Translations under genes and position numbers: made by a program
Part shown: positions 56,980 to 64,000 of the stretch, one piece after another
How positions within the stretch are numbered: the stretch's first letter is position 1
Layout of the letters: the number at the start of each line of letters is the position of its first letter
The notes under the pieces: generated by a model
The model's input: only the letters and a program-made list of their open reading frames with translations
Told to the model about the DNA's origin: nothing
Database searches by the model: none
NCBI GenBank assembly: GCA_964525295.1
Contig: CAZGEO010000002.1
Coordinates: 1,230-65,229 of the forward strand
Source: an uncultured Candidatus Saccharibacteria bacterium
Lineage (GTDB): Bacteria; Patescibacteriota; Dojkabacteria; GCA-002793355
Length of the DNA: 64,000 bases
Reading direction: 5' to 3'

Positions 56980-58521
56980 ATGCCAGAAAAACATAATCTT
57001 CAAAGAAATCCAATCGTTGTAGTGCTTGGTCACGTTGACCATGGTAAAACTTCGCTTCTTGACGCAATTAGAAATACGTCAGTGCAGAAAGGAGAGCCGG
57101 GCGGTATTACACAAAATATCTATATTTCGAATGTCCAATGGAAAGATGGTGTTATTACCTTTGTAGATACTCCAGGGCACGAAGTTTTCGGACTTATGCG
57201 ATTAAATGGTGGTAAAGTTGCCGATATTGCATTTTTGATTGTCGCTGCCGATGAAGGCGTCAAGCCACAAACTCTCGAATCTATCGACATCATTCAGTCA
57301 AATCACATGAAGTATATTGTTGTTATCACGAAATGTGACAAGGAAGATGCAAATCCAGAGAAAGTTAAAACTGAACTAATGACACGTGGTGTATATCTCG
57401 AAGGATTCGGTGGTGATGTGCCATTTGTCGAAGTCTCAGCAGTAAACCGCCAAGGATTAGATACATTGCTCGATTTGGTCTATTTGTACGCAGATGTTGA
57501 GCAATTGCTTGATGAACAGCACGAGAAATTGAAACTTATTGATGCGTTTGGTGAATCAGCAGAAGCAGTTACGGTACACGGAGTTGTTCTTGATAGTTCT
57601 GTTGATAAGGCAATGGGTAAGCAAGCCTTTTGTGTCATGAGAATGGGTAGTATTAAGCGTGGCGATGAAGTTTTGATTGGGCCTAAGAAAGAACGAGTCG
57701 GTTTACTTTTTGATTCGCAGAAAAAGCCAATTACAGAAGCTGTTGCGGGTATGGCTTTTATTATGACTGGTTTAACAGAATTACCTGTAACTGGTGTTGA
57801 TATCGTTGATACGAAGTCAGATGAGGTCGCAAAAGTTGTCGCAGCAAAATATGAAATTCCAGAATTGACTCGCGAAACCTCTTCACAAGCCTTTATGGAT
57901 TCGTTGTTTGGCGATACTCATGAATTTGTCATTCCAGTAGTACTAAAAACTGATGTAAATGCATCACTTCTATCAATACTTCCTACCTTTACAAAATTCA
58001 ATAATGAGAAGATTTTGATCAAAGTTGTGTCAAGCGGTGTTGGTGATATTACGGTGAATGATGTTGAAACCGCAAAAACTTTCAATGCATTGCTACTTGG
58101 CTTTAGAGTTAAAGCACCATCGCAGGTTCAAGACTTTGCGAAGCAAAATGGTATAACCGTCTCAACTTTCGATATTGTGTATCATTTGTACGATTTGATC
58201 GGTGATTACACCAAGAAGTTAGCAGGTGGCGCAGAAGCGCAGGAAACCGTTATTGGTCAAGCCAAAGTGAAGAAAGTATTCGTACTCTCTGAAGGTGAAA
58301 CTGTAGCAGGTGCTGTTATTACCGAAGGTGAGGCAAAAAGAAGTGCAACAGTTCGCGTCATGCGCGAAGGCGAGAAGATTGGAGATTATGCAATCAAGTC
58401 GATCAAGGTCTTGAAAGATGAACGTAATGAAGTCAAAAAAGGTACTGAATGTGGATTCAATCTTGGCAAAGAGGTAGATGTTAAGGAAGAAGACACACTG
58501 ATTTTCATTGCAAAAGCATAG
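56980..58521 (+). CDS. infB: Translation initiation factor IF-2 (short form lacking the N-terminal region)
   Basis: 513 aa. VVVLGHVDHGKTSLLD G1, DTPGH, TKCD, and the C-terminal beta-barrel domains. Confidence 0.9.
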   Translation: MPEKHNLQRNPIVVVLGHVDHGKTSLLDAIRNTSVQKGEPGGITQNIYISNVQWKDGVITFVDTPGHEVFGLMRLNGGKVADIAFLIVAADEGVKPQTLESIDIIQSNHMKYIVVITKCDKEDANPEKVKTELMTRGVYLEGFGGDVPFVEVSAVNRQGLDTLLDLVYLYADVEQLLDEQHEKLKLIDAFGESAEAVTVHGVVLDSSVDKAMGKQAFCVMRMGSIKRGDEVLIGPKKERVGLLFDSQKKPITEAVAGMAFIMTGLTELPVTGVDIVDTKSDEVAKVVAAKYEIPELTRETSSQAFMDSLFGDTHEFVIPVVLKTDVNASLLSILPTFTKFNNEKILIKVVSSGVGDITVNDVETAKTFNALLLGFRVKAPSQVQDFAKQNGITVSTFDIVYHLYDLIGDYTKKLAGGAEAQETVIGQAKVKKVFVLSEGETVAGAVITEGEAKRSATVRVMREGEKIGDYAIKSIKVLKDERNEVKKGTECGFNLGKEVDVKEEDTLIFIAKA

Positions 58522-58611
58522 AGAGAATTAAAGCGCTAGAGCTGTAAAGATGTAGTGTAGTAGTTTGAGTGGTTTGTTGAAATAATCGTAGTTTTATCCT
58601 ATAATACGGGT

Positions 58612-60096
58612 ATGGCGCAGGCAACACAAATTGTCAATTCTTTGCGAAATGCAAAACAAGTGTTGTTCGTTATTCACGAATATTTACCACTTCAGCTAGC
58701 ACTTTGGGTCCCATTAATGGCGAGAATGCTATCAGAACAAGGAAAGCAAGTCGCCGTTTTGATTTCAGAAGAAAGTAAGGGGTGGTTGCAACATGTCGAC
58801 AAATTTTATCCCACAGATATGCTCCTTTCTCTTGAACAATTGCGTCAAGAAATAGTGATTCCTTTTGAAGGTGATACGATAAGTGATCTTTCTTATGTTG
58901 TAGAAGATGGGAAATTAAAGCTTTCGGTTGTTCCTGAAGGAGATCCGTTAAAAGTAGAGGGGTTAAGTGCGACAATAAAGGGAAATTCCTTTGACTGTGT
59001 TGTTATGGTAGGAATTACTGGTAAACATACAATTTTCGAGACGCTACGTGAAGCGAAATCATCATTGGCGCATGCAGAAGTTTACTCACTTGGCTCAGCG
59101 ATCCAGCATGCATCATTATCTCAGCAGTTGCCTCGAGTTAAGTCGGTAGACGTGATTGAAGGAAGCTCAGTTGAACTGCTCGAAAATATCATAATTGATC
59201 AATTCGATAAAGCAAAAGCGAGCGACTCTCTTGTTGAGCAGGCTGCTTTGTTCATTTATAGCGCAACGCAATTGCATCATAAAGAAATGTATTTGTCTGC
59301 AAAAGCGCATGCTTTTCTTGCCAAAATCTTTGAAAAGCCGATCAATACCGCAAATGTAACAGCAGTAACAGCGCATGATGAAAATCAAGTGGCACGCTCA
59401 CTACAGCCATTATTATCATCGCAGCAAATTACAGATTCTTCGAAGATAATTCTGCTTCATAATAAGGTTGCCGCTAATGAAATTGAGCAATGTTTGCGAG
59501 CTTTATATCATTTACCGAAATATGAGAATGCGAATGCGGTTGTCGTGATTCTTTCTGAAAATGACTATACTCATCACATTTTTGTATCAGCGGAACGAGC
59601 TCAAATCAAGCAAGTCGCGTTGAAATATGCCTTGCCATTTACCGATATTATGACAGGAGGTTTGATCCGAGAGGTGTATGGAGAAAAACTTTCGCAAGAT
59701 CTTCTGCGACTTCTTGCAGGTGAAGAAGTTACCACGATTTCTTCGATATCAGATGTATCATCAGAAGTAGACGAAGTTGCAAAAAATGAGAACGTAGAGC
59801 AGGCAATAGAAACTGAAGAGGTGCCTTTGCCACCAGCAAAAAAAGAGATGGAAGTACGAAATTCGCCAAGTTTAGATGAAGTCTTGGCGCGAACAACAAT
59901 GTCAGCGAATAATTCGGTTGTAGATGATGAAGTGCCAACACCACCAGAAATCGACACGCCACCCGCCCCGCCCACCCCAGCTCCAGTACCCACAATTCCT
60001 GCTGTTTCACCATCTATTCCAGTTCAAGAGAAGGCTTCTGTTGGTCTTGACTTCGCAACAATTGCGAAGAAGATGCGCGAAAGCATTCAGAAATAA
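58612..60096 (+). CDS. hypothetical protein with a Pro-rich C-terminus (occupies the rbfA/nrnA slot after infB)
   Basis: 494 aa. Its N-terminus is loosely DHH-like but lacks the DHH motif. C-terminal PTPPEIDTPPAPPTPAPVPTIP. Confidence 0.35.
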   Translation: MAQATQIVNSLRNAKQVLFVIHEYLPLQLALWVPLMARMLSEQGKQVAVLISEESKGWLQHVDKFYPTDMLLSLEQLRQEIVIPFEGDTISDLSYVVEDGKLKLSVVPEGDPLKVEGLSATIKGNSFDCVVMVGITGKHTIFETLREAKSSLAHAEVYSLGSAIQHASLSQQLPRVKSVDVIEGSSVELLENIIIDQFDKAKASDSLVEQAALFIYSATQLHHKEMYLSAKAHAFLAKIFEKPINTANVTAVTAHDENQVARSLQPLLSSQQITDSSKIILLHNKVAANEIEQCLRALYHLPKYENANAVVVILSENDYTHHIFVSAERAQIKQVALKYALPFTDIMTGGLIREVYGEKLSQDLLRLLAGEEVTTISSISDVSSEVDEVAKNENVEQAIETEEVPLPPAKKEMEVRNSPSLDEVLARTTMSANNSVVDDEVPTPPEIDTPPAPPTPAPVPTIPAVSPSIPVQEKASVGLDFATIAKKMRESIQK

Positions 60097-60277
60097 ACTA
60101 TCTGCATTGTACCTGCAAAACTGTACTTTCCGATAAGTGTTGCCTTAATCAGTTAAGTATTACATTTCAATTATTAATCTCAAAGGCTTGATATCCCCGC
60201 CTTCCTTTGGTATAATTTACTTACACCACTCCTCTAGTTGATGGAAGTGAAATCTAAGATTGTTATTTTGCCGAACT

Positions 60278-60547
60278 ATGGCACTTGTAAAAGACGAAAA
60301 GCTTGAAATAATTCAGAAGTTTGGACTTTCAGCAACAGACACAGGCTCCCCAGAGGTGCAAATTGCATTGTTAACCGTTAGAATTCAGCGACTTACCGAT
60401 CACTTTACCAAACACGGTAAAGATCACAGCTCACGCCGTGGTTTCATTAGACTTGTCAAACAGAGGCAGCGAATGTTAGCATACCTCAAGCAGGAAGATG
60501 AAGCACGTTATGCGAAGCTTATTGAGGTACTTGGTCTAAGAAAATAG
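60278..60547 (+). CDS. rpsO: 30S ribosomal protein S15
   Basis: 89 aa from the internal Met (MALVKDEK..). Conserved GSPEVQIALLTVRI and HSSRRGF motifs. Confidence 0.9.
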   Translation: MALVKDEKLEIIQKFGLSATDTGSPEVQIALLTVRIQRLTDHFTKHGKDHSSRRGFIRLVKQRQRMLAYLKQEDEARYAKLIEVLGLRK

Positions 60548-60701
60548 AACAAGCCCGAATACTTCGTGTATTGCGAAGTGTTACAATCTTTCCTTTGACA
60601 ATATTGTATGGAAGAGAAATGGTGAATTTCTCTTGTTAAATAGAGAAGTTACGAATTTCTTTTTCATGCGATACATTTAAGTAAATTACAATTTATACAG
60701 A

Positions 60702-62813
60702 ATGACAAAATATTCATTCGAATTTGCAGGAGCTCCAGTTACTTGGGAGTTCAAAAAGTTTGCACATTTGTGCAATTCAACCATTTTTGCGACTTGGGGT
60801 AATACCGCAGTCAATGTTTCTGTCCTGAGAGGGCCAGCAAGAGAAGACGCAGATTTTTTCCCACTTCAGGTTGAGTATTTAGAAAAATATTATGCTGCAG
60901 GTAGAGTTATGGCTTCGCCATACATAAAGCGTGAAGGATTTCCTAGCGAAGAAGCTGTTTTGAAAGGTCGAGTAATCGATCGCGCAATTCGTCCACGTTT
61001 TCCGAAAGGAATGCTCGACACCGTGCAGCTTTATGTTACCGTTTTGTCGTACGACCCACAATTTGATCCATTAACACTTGCATTTAACACCGCAGTAGCT
61101 GCGTTCATGGCTTCAGATATTCCTTTTGAAGGTGAATTGTCAGGATTGCGAATTTCTTTAAATGCAGAAAATAAGCCGTTCGTAAACCCAGTAGATGTTA
61201 CTTCATTAGCACTCAAAGCGAATCAAACCGAAGTTCCAATGAATATGTTTCTAGGTCTAGATAAAAATGGTGTGACGATGTTTGATGCTGATATGAATGA
61301 AACGCCAGAAGCATTGGTTAAAGAATGTCTTTCATTTGCGAAAGAGCAGTCAGAAGTTCTCTGGAAAGCTCAATCAGAATTTGCATCAATGATTGCAACC
61401 GAAAAGATTGCAGGCACAATGATGTTATTACCAGAAGAAGTTGTGCAAAAAGTTGAAGGTGTATATCTCGAAGAACTTCGTGCAGCAGTAAGTGAACCAG
61501 CAAAAGCCGAGAGAAAGAAGAAACTTGAAGCTATCACGGCGAAAATTCAAGCAGAGTATGCAGAAAGTGAAGAGATTATGCCATTCCACGTTGCTGCAGT
61601 AATTGATAAAGAGTTAAAGAAAATTGTTAGAGCATCAGTTCTTGACGAAAATCACAGAATTGATGGTCGCCGATTCGACGAGATTCGCCAGATGTCAGCA
61701 GAAGTTGGCGTACTCAAGCGAACTCACGGTTCAGCAATCTTCAAGCGGGGTGATACTCATCTCCTTTCAATTGCAACTTTGGCTTCACCAGCTAAAGGGC
61801 AAACAGTTGAAGATATGTCTGGCGATGGTTTAATTCATTATATTCATGAATATAGCGGTCTTCCATATGCTTACGGCGAACCAGGAAGAATGGCGTATAA
61901 GCCAGGTAGACGTGATATTGGTCACGGAGCTTTGGCAGAAAAAGCAGTTGAAAGACTAATTCCTTCACAGGAAGAGTTCCCATACATGATTCGTGTTGTT
62001 AGTGAAATTATGACTGAAGCTGGTTCAACCTCGATGGGCTCAATTAGCGGAAGCTGTATGGCACTTATGGACGCTGGTGTTCCTTTGAAGAGACCAGCAG
62101 CCGGTATTTCAATCGGAGTAATCGCAAACGATGACTTTACAAATTACCACTTATTGACAGATATTGCCGAAACAGAAGATTTCTGGGGCGAAATGGATTT
62201 CAAAGTAGGTGGAACTGAAGTGGGTATAACTGCAATTCAGATGGATACGAAGCGTTATGCAATTCCTTACCAAGTAATTTTTGAAGCAATTGATGCTGCA
62301 AAAGTTGCAAGAACGCAAGTTCTTAACGTAATGCTTGGTGCAATAGCAACACCACGTGCTCAACTTTCAGAATTTGCTCCACAGATTGAGAAGATTCAAA
62401 TTGATCCAGAGAAGATCGGTAAATTAATCGGTCCAGGTGGAAAAGTAATCAAAGAAATCGTTAGGCTTTCAGGTGTTGATTTGAATATTCAAGACGATGG
62501 AACTGTTGAAATTTTCGGTTCACCAAAAGAAGCTCGCGAAAAGGCGAAAGCTATGATTGATGGTATTTTCGAGGAATTCAAGGTCGGTGAAGTGTACGAA
62601 GGTGTCGTCTTAGAAGTTCGCCCATTCGGCGCAATCACTAAAATTGCTCGCGGTAACATGGAAGGCAAGGGCCTTATTCATGTTTCTGAACTCGCAGATG
62701 GTTTTGTAAAAGATCCTAATGAATATGTGAAAGCAGGTCAGAAGGTCTTAGTAAAGGTTGTCGGCGTCGATGATATGGGAAGGCTTAAGCTCTCAATCAA
62801 ACAAGCGAAATAA
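60702..62813 (+). CDS. pnp: Polyribonucleotide nucleotidyltransferase (PNPase)
   Basis: 703 aa. Two RNase PH domains, KH (GPGGKVIKEI) and S1 C-terminal domains. Confidence 0.95.
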   Translation: MTKYSFEFAGAPVTWEFKKFAHLCNSTIFATWGNTAVNVSVLRGPAREDADFFPLQVEYLEKYYAAGRVMASPYIKREGFPSEEAVLKGRVIDRAIRPRFPKGMLDTVQLYVTVLSYDPQFDPLTLAFNTAVAAFMASDIPFEGELSGLRISLNAENKPFVNPVDVTSLALKANQTEVPMNMFLGLDKNGVTMFDADMNETPEALVKECLSFAKEQSEVLWKAQSEFASMIATEKIAGTMMLLPEEVVQKVEGVYLEELRAAVSEPAKAERKKKLEAITAKIQAEYAESEEIMPFHVAAVIDKELKKIVRASVLDENHRIDGRRFDEIRQMSAEVGVLKRTHGSAIFKRGDTHLLSIATLASPAKGQTVEDMSGDGLIHYIHEYSGLPYAYGEPGRMAYKPGRRDIGHGALAEKAVERLIPSQEEFPYMIRVVSEIMTEAGSTSMGSISGSCMALMDAGVPLKRPAAGISIGVIANDDFTNYHLLTDIAETEDFWGEMDFKVGGTEVGITAIQMDTKRYAIPYQVIFEAIDAAKVARTQVLNVMLGAIATPRAQLSEFAPQIEKIQIDPEKIGKLIGPGGKVIKEIVRLSGVDLNIQDDGTVEIFGSPKEAREKAKAMIDGIFEEFKVGEVYEGVVLEVRPFGAITKIARGNMEGKGLIHVSELADGFVKDPNEYVKAGQKVLVKVVGVDDMGRLKLSIKQAK

Positions 62814-62891
62814 TTGTTAATTCATAATTATCAATTGTCAGTGCAAATGAATTAAGTTTTATTGAGCATTGAAAATTGAAGATTGATAATT

Positions 62892-62934
62892 TTTCAGAAA
62901 CTCGATGAGGCAGAGGCCTGAAGAGTTTCTGAAA
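62892..62934 (+). promoter_or_regulatory. 12-bp perfect inverted repeat immediately upstream of an extended -10 (TGTTAGAAT) of the lon-like gene
   Basis: TTTCAGAAACTC / GAGTTTCTGAAA with a 19-nt loop. TGnTAGAAT at 62938-62946. ATG at 62955. Confidence 0.4.
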
Positions 62935-62954
62935 CTGTGTTAGAATGAAAAATT

Positions 62955-64000
62955 ATGGCAGACCTATCGTTTCTTGATCAGCAAGCGAATACATACGGTG
63001 ATATTACCGAGCTTCTCGAAAGATTAGAATCTAGTAAAGCTCCAGCAGAGTTGAAAGAAGAAGGGAAGAAAATGATTGTTCGTGTGTATCGTATGGCGAA
63101 GAAGGGAAGCTATACTTCGGAGTTTGAGACAGTGGCAAAATACGTCGACTGGGTACTAAAAGTTCCTTGGGGAGTAATGTCACCTGATTCTCTCGACTTG
63201 TCGGCCATTCGTGATGAACTCGATCGTTATCACTATGGATTGGGTAAAGTCAAAGAGAGAATTCTTGCGTATATGTCGGTCATGAAATTACGAGAAGATC
63301 AGAAAAAAGAAAAAGATGTTGCTTCTGGGGTAACAACTTCTTCATATCTTCGTCCACCGGTACTCTGTTTTGTTGGTCTTCAGGGTCTTGGTAAAACAAC
63401 AATTGCAAAATCAATTGCAAATGCACTTGGGAGAAAGTTCGTTAGAATTTCACTCGCGGCATTTGGTAGTATCGCGCAGTTACGCGGATCTGCGAGATCT
63501 AATCCAGATGCTGAACCAGGTCTAATCATTCAGGCAATTGCGCAAGCTGGCACGCTGAATCCGGTTATCATCCTCGATGAAATCGATAAAGCAAGTGGTA
63601 TCGAAACCCTTCGTAATGATATCATGTCTGCGCTTCTTGAAATCTTAGACCCAGCACAAAATGAAGCTTTTGTAGATAGATACCTAAACTACCCGGTAGA
63701 TCTTTCTAAATGCTTCTTTATTACAACAGCAAACACGCTAGGAACGCTAACAGCAGCGCTTCTTGACCGTCTTGAAATCATTCGATTTACAAGTTATTCG
63801 GATGAAGAAAAGATTGTGATTGCAAAATCGTATGTTATGCCTCGCGTTATTGAAGAAACCGGCCTCCGAGAAGATCAATTGCGCATTAGCGACGAAGCCT
63901 GGCCACTAATTGTTCGTCCCATGGGGTATGATGCAGGTATTCGTCAGCTCGAACGTACGATGATGAACTTAGCACGACGAGTAGCTTATCAAATTGTGAC
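62955..64000 (+). CDS. lon: Lon-family AAA+ protease (5' part; runs off the window), with an unusually short N-terminal region
   Basis: The AAA+ module begins near residue 130 (GLQGLGKTTIAKSIANALGRKFVRISLA.., Walker B ILDEIDK), with sensor and arginine-finger motifs. There is no ~300-aa LAN domain. Confidence 0.75.
   Translation, partial: MADLSFLDQQANTYGDITELLERLESSKAPAELKEEGKKMIVRVYRMAKKGSYTSEFETVAKYVDWVLKVPWGVMSPDSLDLSAIRDELDRYHYGLGKVKERILAYMSVMKLREDQKKEKDVASGVTTSSYLRPPVLCFVGLQGLGKTTIAKSIANALGRKFVRISLAAFGSIAQLRGSARSNPDAEPGLIIQAIAQAGTLNPVIILDEIDKASGIETLRNDIMSALLEILDPAQNEAFVDRYLNYPVDLSKCFFITTANTLGTLTAALLDRLEIIRFTSYSDEEKIVIAKSYVMPRVIEETGLREDQLRISDEAWPLIVRPMGYDAGIRQLERTMMNLARRVAYQIV

Noticed and set aside
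59601-60136. Gly/Ser/Thr-rich and Leu/Gln-rich ORFs antisense or offset to the 494-aa gene's Pro-rich 3' end
   Set aside because: Low-complexity frames generated by the PTPPEIDTPPAPP-coding region. No support as genes.
1-64000. Alternative genetic code (UGA recoding, as in some CPR lineages)
   Set aside because: All conserved housekeeping genes (dnaK, pnp, lepA, alaS, infB) read full-length with standard stops and no internal UGA, so translation table 11 fits.

Overview
This is a low-GC (~38-40% by eye) bacterial window that reads as standard genetic code with compact operons. It is likely from a small-genome, Gram-positive-like lineage (CPR/Patescibacteria-like). The case rests on a short IF2 (513 aa), an AlaRS lacking the C-terminal domain (631 aa), an extended Adk, weak or absent SD sequences, many giant surface proteins, sortase, LCP and MltG. 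The housekeeping backbone includes sodA, a capA-like gene, an adk-like gene, grpE-dnaK with a CIRCE-like operator, lepA, an LCP gene, mltG, ruvX, alaS, dnaJ, nusA, infB, rpsO, pnp and a partial lon. Two tRNAs are present: Arg-TCG on the plus strand and Ser-TGA on the minus strand. The most striking accessory feature is a ~10.6 kb integrated element (22391..32998) inserted at the 3' end of tRNA-Ser. It is bounded by a 21-bp direct repeat. It carries a large serine recombinase whose 3' end reads into the tRNA. It also carries a four-gene minus-strand operon (C-protein, putative REase, N6-adenine MTase, KAP P-loop NTPase) and replication-type genes flanking a 15-bp perfect inverted repeat that may be an origin. 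A second notable locus is a three-gene surface-protein cluster (14010..20632). Two of its proteins share a C-terminal WxL-like domain, separated by a DUF916-like membrane-anchored protein. The largest of them contains four exact 627-nt tandem modules (beta-helix repeats). Also present are a VirB4-centred type IV secretion-like module next to tRNA-Ser, tandem DUF4013-like membrane paralogs driven by a consensus promoter that gives a leaderless mRNA, a tight histidine-phosphatase/HAD/MBL hydrolase operon, a PpaC-like DHH protein with altered metal ligands, and a recurring 11-bp TTAATAGTTAA/TTAACTATTAA motif.
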